Notes: generated from the sequence alone by a model not told the origin. A stretch of 61,533 nucleotides of DNA, filler included, from Corallochytrium limacisporum Hawaii (GCA_002811645.1; 3 parts of 3 records of this genome joined end to end with filler, not necessarily neighbours in it); one strand, 5' to 3'. Positions 21,631 to 33,023 are shown, counted from the first letter of the whole stretch. Made by a program: numbers and translations.

Positions 21631-24600
21631 ATGGGGAATGAATCGCAGAGGACTGGCTCTTCTTGCAATGAGGTAGCACTTACTTCAAAAAACTCGCAAT
21701 CTTTTCATTGCGCACGTACAAATTCACTGTGCCCCACCATTAACAAGTACATTTGGTTCCTCATAAATATGATCAAAAGACCCAAGGAGAGCGAGCGACT
21801 CAGGATGAATATAAGTCGAGGGCCCCTCGCGAAGGGTTTCACACAGCAGGACATTCTGGGTGAGGACGGTATCTCAAGAAAGGTTTTGGATACCACGAGT
21901 CCATTGACAGAAGGGCTCACTGGGCAGAGACTCTCTAGTCTGGCATCACCTTTGTACTCAAAGTCGCACACAAATGGATCCGCCACCCTTTCACAAATGC
22001 CGCCCTGCGTGCGGAACAGCATGGACCCCCTGCTGACAGGGAAACCCACGGAGTCATCCCTTACACAGCCCAGCAAACAGATAGCTACGCCTGCAAAGAC
22101 AATGAAAGACGCTGAAGGGAGGACCACCGGGGTCATCGGAAACAGTATGGCCGCTGTCACAACAAAGATGACCATGAATGTAGGCCTTTCCGAAGTTGTC
22201 ACAAGATGGACTACTTCGGCAGTTGCACCCACGTCTCTGCTTCCCGCAGAGAGATCTGCAATTGAATCCAAGGTAAGGAAGCGCTCATTGGAAGAGAAAG
22301 TGTCTGCCGGACGGGTCAACCAACCACATGAGCGGAGTATGGACATAGATTTCGGCGACGTTGCAGACACACCTGAAGTACCAGAATCTACAACATGGAC
22401 CCGCAATCAGTTGACCATGAGAAGGAATATTCTTGCCCGCATCAGCCCTCACAAGACTGAATTGATGAGGATATGCAGCACTGCCCTAATGCACGAGCCA
22501 AACCTGTTGGATGCCTCCAACACTACATACAAGGAGATCGAGGCCAGTGCCCAGCTTATCGCCATCCAAGATCCGGAATTTCTTCTCAAACTCGCTCTTT
22601 ATGTCCGCAGAGAGCTTGGAATCCGTTCCATAGCCAACTTTCTGTTAGCGATTGCATCAGAAAAGGAAGCAACTGCCAAACATCTTGAGAAATACTTTTG
22701 CAAGACCGTCAACCTGCCGTCGGACTGGCTAGATGTAGCAAAGTATGCATGGTTCAGAAACTATATCAAAACCGGGGCTAATCAGCTGCGCCTGCCACGG
22801 GCTTTGAGAAAGGTTCTGACAGCAAAATTTAGGGACTTTGATGAATACCAGCTTGCTAAATATAACAAGCCCGGGAGTAGGAAAGTTGCTGGTAAGAAGG
22901 ATCTTGCTTACTCCAGCACGGGACCTGACCCTGTAGTTCTTGATAGGATCAAGAGACTGACCATGAAAAGAATGGTACAATGGCTTCACATTCGATATCC
23001 TGCTCAATACGTGATGGCACTGACTGGGAAGAAGTATCCATTGAACGTTATCGAGTTCCAAAAGACTGGCTTGCCAGGCACGTACGATGAGCAGCGGGCA
23101 GGAAAGCGAATGAGGCTTGTTACCCCGGTCACATGGGACCGCCAGCTGAGCGAGAAAGGCAACAGGAAGGAAACTTGGGAATATTTGTGGAAGAAGCGAA
23201 AGCTGCCCTTCATGGCAATGATACGGAATCTCAGGAACCTCTTGCTTAGTCAGATCGATGAGAAATGCTTCGGTGATATCATCTTGATGCTGCAGAATGA
23301 GGAAATAATTGCACGCAGTCGTCAGTTGCCTAGTCAGTTCATGGCAGCCTTTGACGCTTTGCGAGAAATCCAAGATGTAGAGCACTACCTTGACCGTAGT
23401 ACAAAGAAAGGCAAGCCAAAGAACAAGGTGGACGTTCGGAAAACAATTCGTGGACGCCCTTTGGGTCAAGTAGCTCAACAGGGCGCTCTAAAAGGCGAAC
23501 GACTTTTGATGGTTCGACGCATTCTGTCCGGCGTGCGCCGGCGAGGAACTTCTCTAGACATGCAATTGCTGCGTGCTCGGACAAAGCAGCTACAGCGTGC
23601 TCTGAATAGATCGGTGGAGCTGGCGGCAACTCGCAATATTCCACCCATCAGTGGAAAAACTCTGATGCTACTGGAGCTTCCTTCGGATGCCACAATCCGG
23701 AAAGGCATGTCCACTCGGCATAGCACGACTCAGTCACCTAAAGCAAAGGCGGCCCTGATGGCCGCAATGCTCTACACAGCTTGCGAAGATTGTGTGATCT
23801 TTGGGAATGACGGTCGCCGATTTGATGTACCAGAAGCAGTGAATCTATTTGGCGTGGCAGACGCCATGAAACGTTGTGGGCACACTGCGGGGTGCGATTC
23901 CTCTGTTGTGAAAATTCTGACTGACCTGATTCGCCGGCGAGAGCATGTTGATCATCTAGTGGCCATCTGTGACGGTCCCACAACCTGTCTTGGTACGCGG
24001 GCGCTCCTGCAATTGCTGCATGCGTATCGTACATTGGTGAATCCCACTTTCCTGTACATACAAGTTACAGCCGGTCGACAGAAACCCATCAACGAGGTTG
24101 TGTTCAGTCCGAAAGACTACGATGCCATCGATCCCTTTGCCTGCAATCTCTTCTTGTCCGGTGTATCTGACAAGATATTCCTAGTGATCGCCCGCGGTGG
24201 TGCTGCCAGTCAGATCGAAGCTGTCGAGAAAATTGATATTGACATGCACTTGAACAGCACTCAACAAGACAGTCTACGGACACTACGGAATTTTCGACCA
24301 ATGCTAGACGACACTGCGGTGAAAAGGCTTACCAACGATCCCACAAGGCGAGGCCAGTGGGAGGCTTCCTGCCAGAAGGAGTGTCGAATCTTCGTCAGCT
24401 CAACCTTCCGCGATATGCATGGTGAGCGCAGGGTTCTCGCTAAGTATGTGTTCCCGGAGCTTCGAAGGATCTTTCATCCCCTTCACATCAACATATATGA
24501 AGTGGATCTTCGGTGGGGCCTTACCTCCGACCAAATGGACAGCAGTGGGCAACTTCAAGCATGCATTGACACTGTCCGCCATTGCGATCTATTTCTTGGG

Positions 24601-27600
24601 TTGCTTGGTGAGCGGTATGGCTATGTACCGAGTCTCGCCGAACGGGTTCGGGCTGCCAATGCTTTAGAAGAACCTTGGCTTGCACAGGGTTACGACCATG
24701 CTAGCATTACCGAACTAGAACTGACAGCCTTCGCATTTGAAAATGAAGACCTTACCAAAGTGCAGTGTTCACAGAGGACAGTCATCCTGCTTCGAGACCC
24801 GGGTGCCCTTCAAAAGGTCCCTCCTGATGAACTCAATAGTTTTGTGGCCGAGTCTCCTGATGCTGCCGAGAGAATGCGAGATCTGAAGACGAAGATATGG
24901 AATTCAGGGCTGGAGGCCGTACATACATACAATGCCTCCTGGGGACGAGCCCATGGTAGTGTTGCAGAGCTTGGTGATCTCAAGGGATTCGCCCACACGG
25001 TAATGAGCGCCCTTGTTCAAGCAGTAGAGAGCAGATACCCGGAAGAGGTATTACCATCGATAAGGTCAAGGCATCCGAGTGAATCCCGGCATCATGTCGA
25101 TGATGCTAGGCACCTCCTTTCAGCCGAAGTTTCTGTGCGAAACCACGGAGAGAGCTTGGCGTACTTTGATCAGCAACTCTTCGAACACTGGAGATCAGAC
25201 GTCGTCCAGTCCTTAGTTTTGGTTCATGGCCCTTACGGCTGCGGGAAAAGCGCATTTCTTGGGAGAGCGGTACAACACCTCTTTGGAAATGAAAATGTTC
25301 GGGGTCAGTTTAACGTTTTCGTCCATTTTGTGGGTGCTGCAAGCACAGCTGACGACCTTGGCTCTCTATTCAAACGACTCGTTCGATACTTGAATGCTAT
25401 TCTGAACATTTTTGAGGACTTCGATTCTACCAACTTTGCTATTGCTTGCCTCCCACGCCTGTTTCAGGATGTTCAGAGAAAAACAGGTCGTCCAACTATT
25501 GTGGTTGTCGATGGTATTGATCGGTTCGTAAACATTGGGGATGGCCCAAAGGCGATCGATTGGATTCCGCCGATGGCCGCCATCGGCGGATCTGTCCTGT
25601 TCTACCTCAGCCTACAATCATCCGCACAGATTCTAGAAACTCTGAATCACCGTTTTGGGATCCATGTCCGGGAGGTACAGTTGCCGACCCTGAATCGCAA
25701 AGATGCTGCAAGTCTTGTGCGCCAGTCCCTGCGGCGGTACCACAGAAGCCTGGATGAAGCATTCTTTAACAACCAGATGAACCTTCTCCTATCAAAAAGG
25801 GATGCGAAGGCTACTATGTACCTGCGCATTGCATGTGACTACTTGCGTATTCATAGCAACCACGATGACTTGTCTCACCATATTCGAGAGTTGCCGTCCA
25901 CTGTGCAAGGACTATTGAAACTTGGCATTGAGAAGTTGGAGGACGAGGTTGGATCACTATTGGTGAGGTTAGCCTGTTCATTACTTGTACTGTCTCCAGA
26001 AGGTCTCTATATGTGGGAGCTGCAGCAGCTTCTAAACAGCCTAGGAGATGACGAACCTGTTGATTGGGAGATCACCGGATTTCAATGGCTTCAGCTACGC
26101 AGTGGCCTCAAGCTTCTTTTTGAAAGCAGCCCAAAGATTCAGGCCAGTGAAGATGTTCCTGTCCGGATCCACAATGACTTTGTCCACGCCATATTGACGG
26201 CGCGGTATCTGACTGGGTCTATGAGAAAGGAGAGAATCCACAAACGCCTTTGTTCCTACTACAAAGGGGTGGGAGAGGCACAGAATACCAACGGTGAACC
26301 GATTCCGTTCGGAAAGGCAACGCAGAGATCACTTAGATTGCTTGCATACCATACCGTTATTAGTGGTCAGTTGGATGAGGTTGTGAGTCTTCTGAGTGAT
26401 TTCTCTTATCTTTCTGCATGCTTCCGAGAAGGCCTTAGTTCTTTTGTCATGGACATGTTTCTGGGGCATGAAGACTCGATGCTATTCTTTTCACCGACTG
26501 CTACGGATGCGATGAGAGAACCTCTTTGCGAGTCAATGTTTCGGTTTGTGATTCAGCGGCAGCATATTTTCTTGCGGGCACCGGATATTGTGGTTCAAGA
26601 GGCACTGCTATCCGATGATGAGGAGATTCAACAGCATGCTGTTGGGTATCTGAAGCGCGTACCACAAGTTTGTCCCAGGCTGCGCCCTTGGTCTCTGAGA
26701 GCGTCTCATTTTCCCGCCTTCGAGAAAATGAGGCCAGTGACAAGTTTCCGTGGTAGCCATGTCAATATTACCAGTATTACTGCCTCCACCTGGGAAGGCG
26801 AGTCCATGATATTCATTGGCTATGAAGATGGGAGTGTGCAGGTCCTCAACTCAGAGACAATGGCCCACCGATCCACTTTGATGCCATTTGTGACATCAGA
26901 ATTGGCAGAGCTGTCGTTCGTGAACTCGCAGGGTATTCTCATTGCTGGTACTGATACGGGTATCTGCCTTGCATGGGACCTGAAGAGTGGAAAATGCCTG
27001 TACAGCTTCAATCGACATACAAGGCAAGTTGATTGCATCGCTGTAGCCCCGCATGAAGACTATTTTGCGTCAGGTGGACGTGATGGTAAAATAGTTATCC
27101 AGGAGCTGCATCGAGCGACAGTCATTGTGGTGCTTGTTGCCAAGGAGGCTATCTCCCCAGTAAGCTCACTTGGCTACAGTCCCCATTCGGACTTTTTGTA
27201 TGCTGCATATTGGGACGGAAACATTCGTGTATGGTCTGTGAGCCATAAGCAGCAGGTTTCCCAATACTCCTTTGTTCAACGTCAACCATCTGTCCGCTGT
27301 GCGGCGTTAGCTGAACGATTCAATGCCCTCAATGGCGGAGATCACATGGCTGTACAGTTCCGACGAAGTGACAACACGCTTGTCACTCTCACGGCAACTT
27401 CTGGTGCCGCGACAGTAGCATCCTATCGGTACACCTACCACACTGCCCCGTTCCTTCGCGAGAGTATGTCAGTGGTGGATTGTGATGTCGTCGGCAGGCG
27501 ACAGGCTCTAGTGGCATCAGGCTTCGTGAACGGAGATCTTCTCATAGAGAACAAATACCGTCATCGAATGCTCGTTCGTCTGAAAGCTGCACCCTGTGGG

Positions 27601-29598
27601 GCCAGTGTATGTGCGCTGGCATTCAATCCATGGAATCCGAAAATCCTCGCGATCGGTGATGCGAATGGCCACATTCATCTCGTAGATAACCAAGGCCGCG
27701 AGCTTGGTCCGGTACTGAATGTTCCCAAGGCTAGGACCGGTCTCCCAACCATGTCTGCAGGCCAAGGAATGAGGATTGCAACGTTGTTGTTTTCTCGAGA
27801 TGGTGGCTACCTCCTAGCTGGATTTCGCCCAGGCTCCCACAGTTCTGCGCGTTTATTTGATATGAGGAGACAAGTTGGGATGAAGGTGGACCACAATGAA
27901 CTCACAGACCCTGTGCTAGGACTGGCTCTCAGTGGCATCGATGGCGGAGCGACGGTCACCTCTTTGGCGATGCGAATGGACGTAATGCTGGTTGGTACCG
28001 ATCTGGGCTCCATCATAATGTATGCTATGCCAAACCGAGGGAAACTGAAGATTCATTCAAAGCGAATCCTTCGCTATCTCAATCCGATCCGGTCCACCCA
28101 CGTTCACAATGGTACTGTGACGGCATTGGAGATTGCAGCTTTGCCTACCGCCGCAGGCAAGTGTAAGGAGGACATCATAATCTCAGCTAGCAAGGATGGC
28201 TCCATTACCATAACTGACATTAACACAATGACCACGATTTGGCATGATGAGTTTGCACATGAAGGTGGAGTGGAGGCCCTGGCCTTCGAGCACTCCATTG
28301 CGAGGAAATTTGTTTCTGGTGGCGCTGATTGTGAAGTTAAGATCTGGGACATAGAAAACGCAGGACGAAGGGTAAAACTGTCCAATAAGGCGATTGGCAA
28401 GCAGAAATCGAGTGTGACCAGCATCGAGTGGCTGCCACAATACCGGATCTTGGTTGCAGCATTTGATGGCTCCGTGCAGGTGTTTGACGACTCCGGCAAG
28501 CTATTCTCATGCATCTGTCCTTCGGGCATGCCGCCAGCGGTGGCAGCCAGTGCGCAGAAGATGGTGGGATCGTCATCGCAGAGTATTGTAGCAATCCTCC
28601 GAGACAATGGTGAGATAGACCTGTGGTCGTCGAGGATATCGGAAAGTATTCTATTTCCTGGCCACACGGGAGCTGTGAAGTCCGTGTGTGCTTTGCCCAA
28701 CGGCAACTTTGCAAGTCTAGGCGCTGGTGATCGAACGATTCATATCTGGGATCCTAGTGCCGTCGAAGACGCATGTTTGGGATTCACCCGTGAGACCAGA
28801 GTATTGTCGCTCGCAAAGACAACAGCTTTTAATAGTAGCCTCCCTTCCAAGCGTGTCGTGGACTCTGGTGCTAAGGCCACACTCTCGCACATGCCCTTTT
28901 CGTCAGTTGTGAGTGTGGAAGTTTCCATACAATCATCAGGAAAGTCAAAAGTATGCATTCCCGAGTTTGGACTACCAATGTGTATGGATGCCAAATGGCT
29001 CATCTTGCCTGCCCATGATCGTCCAGGACGGCTTTCTTTTGTTGGCGCAAGCCTAACGCATGTCATTGTGTCTACATTAGATGTCTGTTACTCCAGAAAC
29101 GGTGACGTTGAATGCACAGTCACTGGAAGCAAACTGTGGCACCTCCAACCTGCGCAACTGGCCACATGCATCAAATGGATTGATATTCCTTCTCGCCGGG
29201 ATCATGTACTACTAACCACTGCTGGAGGAACTATCTGTTTGCTTAATGTCGCTAAAGATGAAGCTCCTCATCAAATTGGGCGTATTGATTCAGGACACAT
29301 TGATGCTACCAACGGTACATGCGACGGACCTTTGGGTGTTGTGAAATTTAGTCAGTTCAAGCACTTGTATGGGAGCCTATTCTTGATGCGCACCTTACAC
29401 GATCCGTTTACGAGGATCATTCAAATCCCAAAGGATGCTGGCCAAATCCGTCTCATTGCCGAGTGCCCAGATCTGCCCATAACAGCGGTTGTTGTTGATG
29501 TTATTGATCAGGGCGAGACCACGCCACTGTTGCTTCGATTGAGTGCAGAGCCGAATTTTGATCTTGCTCTGACTCTTCCGATAGAGAAGGACCCGTAG
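21631..29598 (+). CDS. TEP1: Telomerase/vault-associated protein TEP1 (TROVE, DUF4062, NACHT-like NTPase, WD40 repeats)
   Basis: 2655 aa. TROVE motifs DPEFLLKLALYVRRELGIRS, FDEYQLAKYN, TWDRQLSEKGN, KLPFMAMIRNLRN; DUF4062 RIFVSSTFRDMHGER...VDLRWG; P-loop GPYGCGKS; many WD40 repeats. The true start could be a downstream ATG. Confidence 0.93.
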   Translation: MGNESQRTGSSCNEVALTSKNSQSFHCARTNSLCPTINKYIWFLINMIKRPKESERLRMNISRGPLAKGFTQQDILGEDGISRKVLDTTSPLTEGLTGQRLSSLASPLYSKSHTNGSATLSQMPPCVRNSMDPLLTGKPTESSLTQPSKQIATPAKTMKDAEGRTTGVIGNSMAAVTTKMTMNVGLSEVVTRWTTSAVAPTSLLPAERSAIESKVRKRSLEEKVSAGRVNQPHERSMDIDFGDVADTPEVPESTTWTRNQLTMRRNILARISPHKTELMRICSTALMHEPNLLDASNTTYKEIEASAQLIAIQDPEFLLKLALYVRRELGIRSIANFLLAIASEKEATAKHLEKYFCKTVNLPSDWLDVAKYAWFRNYIKTGANQLRLPRALRKVLTAKFRDFDEYQLAKYNKPGSRKVAGKKDLAYSSTGPDPVVLDRIKRLTMKRMVQWLHIRYPAQYVMALTGKKYPLNVIEFQKTGLPGTYDEQRAGKRMRLVTPVTWDRQLSEKGNRKETWEYLWKKRKLPFMAMIRNLRNLLLSQIDEKCFGDIILMLQNEEIIARSRQLPSQFMAAFDALREIQDVEHYLDRSTKKGKPKNKVDVRKTIRGRPLGQVAQQGALKGERLLMVRRILSGVRRRGTSLDMQLLRARTKQLQRALNRSVELAATRNIPPISGKTLMLLELPSDATIRKGMSTRHSTTQSPKAKAALMAAMLYTACEDCVIFGNDGRRFDVPEAVNLFGVADAMKRCGHTAGCDSSVVKILTDLIRRREHVDHLVAICDGPTTCLGTRALLQLLHAYRTLVNPTFLYIQVTAGRQKPINEVVFSPKDYDAIDPFACNLFLSGVSDKIFLVIARGGAASQIEAVEKIDIDMHLNSTQQDSLRTLRNFRPMLDDTAVKRLTNDPTRRGQWEASCQKECRIFVSSTFRDMHGERRVLAKYVFPELRRIFHPLHINIYEVDLRWGLTSDQMDSSGQLQACIDTVRHCDLFLGLLGERYGYVPSLAERVRAANALEEPWLAQGYDHASITELELTAFAFENEDLTKVQCSQRTVILLRDPGALQKVPPDELNSFVAESPDAAERMRDLKTKIWNSGLEAVHTYNASWGRAHGSVAELGDLKGFAHTVMSALVQAVESRYPEEVLPSIRSRHPSESRHHVDDARHLLSAEVSVRNHGESLAYFDQQLFEHWRSDVVQSLVLVHGPYGCGKSAFLGRAVQHLFGNENVRGQFNVFVHFVGAASTADDLGSLFKRLVRYLNAILNIFEDFDSTNFAIACLPRLFQDVQRKTGRPTIVVVDGIDRFVNIGDGPKAIDWIPPMAAIGGSVLFYLSLQSSAQILETLNHRFGIHVREVQLPTLNRKDAASLVRQSLRRYHRSLDEAFFNNQMNLLLSKRDAKATMYLRIACDYLRIHSNHDDLSHHIRELPSTVQGLLKLGIEKLEDEVGSLLVRLACSLLVLSPEGLYMWELQQLLNSLGDDEPVDWEITGFQWLQLRSGLKLLFESSPKIQASEDVPVRIHNDFVHAILTARYLTGSMRKERIHKRLCSYYKGVGEAQNTNGEPIPFGKATQRSLRLLAYHTVISGQLDEVVSLLSDFSYLSACFREGLSSFVMDMFLGHEDSMLFFSPTATDAMREPLCESMFRFVIQRQHIFLRAPDIVVQEALLSDDEEIQQHAVGYLKRVPQVCPRLRPWSLRASHFPAFEKMRPVTSFRGSHVNITSITASTWEGESMIFIGYEDGSVQVLNSETMAHRSTLMPFVTSELAELSFVNSQGILIAGTDTGICLAWDLKSGKCLYSFNRHTRQVDCIAVAPHEDYFASGGRDGKIVIQELHRATVIVVLVAKEAISPVSSLGYSPHSDFLYAAYWDGNIRVWSVSHKQQVSQYSFVQRQPSVRCAALAERFNALNGGDHMAVQFRRSDNTLVTLTATSGAATVASYRYTYHTAPFLRESMSVVDCDVVGRRQALVASGFVNGDLLIENKYRHRMLVRLKAAPCGASVCALAFNPWNPKILAIGDANGHIHLVDNQGRELGPVLNVPKARTGLPTMSAGQGMRIATLLFSRDGGYLLAGFRPGSHSSARLFDMRRQVGMKVDHNELTDPVLGLALSGIDGGATVTSLAMRMDVMLVGTDLGSIIMYAMPNRGKLKIHSKRILRYLNPIRSTHVHNGTVTALEIAALPTAAGKCKEDIIISASKDGSITITDINTMTTIWHDEFAHEGGVEALAFEHSIARKFVSGGADCEVKIWDIENAGRRVKLSNKAIGKQKSSVTSIEWLPQYRILVAAFDGSVQVFDDSGKLFSCICPSGMPPAVAASAQKMVGSSSQSIVAILRDNGEIDLWSSRISESILFPGHTGAVKSVCALPNGNFASLGAGDRTIHIWDPSAVEDACLGFTRETRVLSLAKTTAFNSSLPSKRVVDSGAKATLSHMPFSSVVSVEVSIQSSGKSKVCIPEFGLPMCMDAKWLILPAHDRPGRLSFVGASLTHVIVSTLDVCYSRNGDVECTVTGSKLWHLQPAQLATCIKWIDIPSRRDHVLLTTAGGTICLLNVAKDEAPHQIGRIDSGHIDATNGTCDGPLGVVKFSQFKHLYGSLFLMRTLHDPFTRIIQIPKDAGQIRLIAECPDLPITAVVVDVIDQGETTPLLLRLSAEPNFDLALTLPIEKDP

Positions 29599-29908
29599 AG
29601 AGTACTGTATCATATACTAAAGCACACCAAGAACCAAATAGAATAGCGTGTAACATTGCCTCAGAGTGGCAACCAATTTCGATAGTGGGCAACCGTTGTC
29701 ACTGCATCCGCATTAGCCATGCAAATTACCGAACTCTCACTATTTTCCATGTGGTACGAAAGAGCTGCAATCACACAGCACTGGGGAAGACCTACCAAGT
29801 ATCTTTCGAGAGGGAGCAGCAGCGGACGTTTCTATAAATAATACAAATATGTATAATATATAGACTCCCATCAAACATACTCCTGCAATGATGTGTGAGA
29901 GGAAGTGT

Positions 29909-30008
29909 NNNNNNNNNNNNNNNNNNNNNNNNNNNNNNNNNNNNNNNNNNNNTTAATTAATTAANNNNNNNNNNNNNNNNNNNNNNNNNNNNNNNNNNNN
30001 NNNNNNNN
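29909..30008. other. Artificial contig linker
   Basis: 44 N + TTAATTAATTAA + 44 N, giving stops in all six frames. Confidence 0.97.
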
Positions 30009-30029
30009 AACCCTAACCCTAACCTAACC
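30009..30029 (+). repeat. Telomeric repeat (CCCTAA)n / TTAGGG type at contig start
   Basis: AACCCTAACCCTAACCTAACC immediately after the linker, in the C-strand orientation expected for a left chromosome end; the last unit is degenerate. Confidence 0.8.
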
Positions 30030-31568
30030 GCTGATTTGCACTTAAGGGGACCCGGGCCGAAAGAAGAGGATGGCTGGATTTGAAACAGATCCCATACTCT
30101 TTTGCGTGCAGTAGGAACCTTCGCGACAGTTGCTGGTGATGGCGCACATTGCAACGGCCGATCGTTTGGCAACATACACGACCACTGTCGCCGATCTTCG
30201 GAAGCTTCTTGGCAAGACCGCCACCCTGATCAAAGCCCCAATTGGTGATATTTTCTTGGAGAGTGCTTCTTACTGGTCGCGCATTCGGACATGCTAGTCT
30301 TGCGACAGCGGGTTTAGGCGTATTGGATAGGTGAAGCTAAGTTCCATGCCATGACACGGGACACAGAATGGCAGATGCATTCAAATGGGTTCCTATCGGA
30401 GTGGTACGGGTGGATGTGGCCCTGGCAGAATGTCTCGTATTTTGATTACACCGGTGACACGGACTCAACCATGTGGTACAATATTACCACCGGTGTTGCA
30501 GCCAAAAGCAGTGGGTTTGTAGGAATCAAATCGTGGTCGATACTTCTCCTTATCCCCACACCATCCGCTCAAGCAAATAATTGTGACTTCCGCGAGGACA
30601 ATATCTTCCTGCTTTCCTCCCAAGATTCTTAGGTGCACAACCGTGCCCCTGCCGTCCGCCTCTTCCCTTCCCCCTTCCCGTGCGACCATGTAATTCCCCT
30701 TTTGGGCCTTTGGGCTTGGCCTCTCCGTAGAGAGCTGGCATAGTTACTGACACTTTCGATAATACTTCACGGGCAGTGGGGAAAATTTTTCTCCGCTCTG
30801 GTAGGCTATCTACGTGCTTTTCTCAGTACTTCAAAGACCGGATCATACAAATACTCGTCTGAGTGGAGAAAACCTCTCGGTCCCCGGTTCGCCCTGAAAT
30901 CGCCAGGGTCTCAAGCGACCATGGTCACAGTCATCTGGTTCACACGCACTCGCTACCCTGTTTATGTTGGTACGAGGTCTTTGCGTAGGTAATTTTTAAT
31001 CGCTTATCTGAGCGCAGAGCGGAGAAAAATGTTCGCCACTGCCCGTTGCTGCTCAGATTCCCCTCCCTCCGTACACCTCCTCCAGAGGTCCCGGGCAATG
31101 GATACCCCGAAGGGACGGTCCCAAGCACAGTTGCACAGTCGACGTCAGTTCGAAGTGTGTCCGCGTACCTACGATGTTCGCGGCTGCCTCTTTGGATTCA
31201 CCTAGTTTGCGTTGTGTAATCCTGGTGGTATCGAGAGTCGGTGGTCTATGGGCCGTACTCCGGGCTAACGGTGGCTTCAGTGGAGGGAATCGCATTTCGC
31301 TATTGGTGTTCCATCCTGCAAACAAAGAAATTTCCGGAAGCTGTGGACTAAGAGTTTGATTTGGAGCTCCATATGCGATGAGGTGGGATACTCGATCCCG
31401 GAAGCACAGCAGGCTCCTTGGAATTCAGTCATCGCTCCACTGCCGCGGTAAATGTCACTTTATTTTCGTGGTATTGGTTTCTAACTAAACTTGTTATTCA
31501 GCTTAGAGCATCCTCATGTATGATACAAATGATATGCACGTTGGCATCTGTCTTCACGGTACGTTGTT

Positions 31569-33023
31569 TTACACTGGCACAACCTTTTTGTTGGTATTCT
31601 GCCTTTGCAGTTGACTGCTGTCGCCTAGCTCGAATGCGTCATCCAGCCAAACTCTAACGTCCGCCTCTTCCGGGTTGCTTTCGCTGTCACGATCTTCACA
31701 TGCTCCATCCGCTTGAAGGCGAAGATAGGGTCCATCATATATCCAAGTACACCCCGCAAAGAAGACAGCCACTACTGTGATCATGATGTAAGCTGGTTCA
31801 AAGACATAGTGTGATCCGTATAGCGATTCCTCGTCAAGCAATTTCCCAAGGGCGAAAATGAATATGATTCCAAACACTTGGCCAGCACTCATTAGCAACC
31901 CAGTCGTCAGATCCTCACTTACTGGGAACGTACACTCGACCCCACACTCAAAAGCAATCGGGAGCAAAGGTAACATGAAAGTGCCCATAATGGCAAACAT
32001 GATAGTGATAGCAGCAAAATTGTTGGGTCTGAGAACCGCCAGAAAAATGACTATGGCAGCTGCAGCCACTGTAGCATAGCCTCTGAGGAACAAATTATAG
32101 GCATGACATCTGTCCAGTACGATACCTGTGAAAATTGCCCCAACAAGTCCGCAACCAAGGAGCACTGCAGAGAAAGTACCCGCGTCGTTGCTAGAATACC
32201 CACTCTTGTCAACAATCTGCTCTACCAAGGTAGTTAGTGCATTGAAGAAACCCAATCCAACCCCAAAGGCAACCAGAAGCACCAGAAAATTTCGATCGCG
32301 CAAGACCTGTTTAAACTCAAGCTTTAACTGCTTGTCGTTGACCTTGTTTACCTCTGACTGTGATGGAGGAAGTGGCGGTTTCTCCTCGAAGAAGATCACT
32401 GAAAGCAAAAGTGAAGCAATTACAATGACCAACTCCGTTAGCAAGAGATCGAACATATTGACCGCGTTGTCGTCGTCAGTGGTGAATGCTGTTGGTAGAA
32501 TGCTTCCAATACCAATGCCGACCACATTCGCCAAGGCTGCAATGACAGTTGCAATATCTCTCTCCTCTAAGGGGAACCATACTCCCGCAACCCTGGCGGG
32601 CATGTTGGTAAAGAATGGCTGTGCAATGGCCCCAACTGTCTGACCGACTATGAGTATCACATAGGCATTGTCTCCACGTGGTTCTGCATTACTTTCAGTC
32701 GATATGAATCTCAACAGAGCCGAAATACAGTTCAAAACACTGGCACCCAATAATCCCGGACGTGCACCGAATTTCTCAAAGATCCAATTACTTGCCAGGG
32801 ACGATGGCACATAGGCGGCCATGAATACTATGCTCAACGCATTAACCTGCACATTATTTACCCCATAATATGTCTGTGTCAAGGAATTGATGGGAGAAAA
32901 TGTAATCCAGATTATAGCACTAGTAGCAGACCCCATCGCAAACAGGGTCAGCATAACCCATCTTCGCCGGTATTTTGCAGTCTGATCATATTCATCCCCC
33001 TCTATGTCCTCTGTGACATCCAT
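31569..33023 (-). CDS. MFS transporter, SLC49 (FLVCR/DIRC2/MFSD7) family
   Basis: YRRRWVML...IWITFSPI, GQTVGAIAQPF...WFPLEERDIAT, PPLPPSQS, FECGVECTFPVSE; about 12 TM segments. An alternative upstream in-frame ATG lies at 33134. Confidence 0.9.
   Translation of the reverse strand: MDVTEDIEGDEYDQTAKYRRRWVMLTLFAMGSATSAIIWITFSPINSLTQTYYGVNNVQVNALSIVFMAAYVPSSLASNWIFEKFGARPGLLGASVLNCISALLRFISTESNAEPRGDNAYVILIVGQTVGAIAQPFFTNMPARVAGVWFPLEERDIATVIAALANVVGIGIGSILPTAFTTDDDNAVNMFDLLLTELVIVIASLLLSVIFFEEKPPLPPSQSEVNKVNDKQLKLEFKQVLRDRNFLVLLVAFGVGLGFFNALTTLVEQIVDKSGYSSNDAGTFSAVLLGCGLVGAIFTGIVLDRCHAYNLFLRGYATVAAAAIVIFLAVLRPNNFAAITIMFAIMGTFMLPLLPIAFECGVECTFPVSEDLTTGLLMSAGQVFGIIFIFALGKLLDEESLYGSHYVFEPAYIMITVVAVFFAGCTWIYDGPYLRLQADGACEDRDSESNPEEADVRVWLDDAFELGDSSQLQRQNTNKKVVPV

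Noticed and set aside
29953-29964. TTAATTAATTAA palindrome (also 59891-59902)
   Set aside because: Synthetic six-frame stop linker embedded in Ns.
29598-30029. TEP1 lying next to a telomere
   Set aside because: They are on different contigs joined by an artificial linker, and the repeat orientation marks the start of a new chromosome end, so there is no evidence of physical linkage.
21459-31074. CCTCCCTCCGTAC shared at about 21458 and 31062 (Stowaway-TIR-like)
   Set aside because: No partner inverted end or TA duplication; 13 nt of C-rich sequence is compatible with chance or a transcription-factor site.
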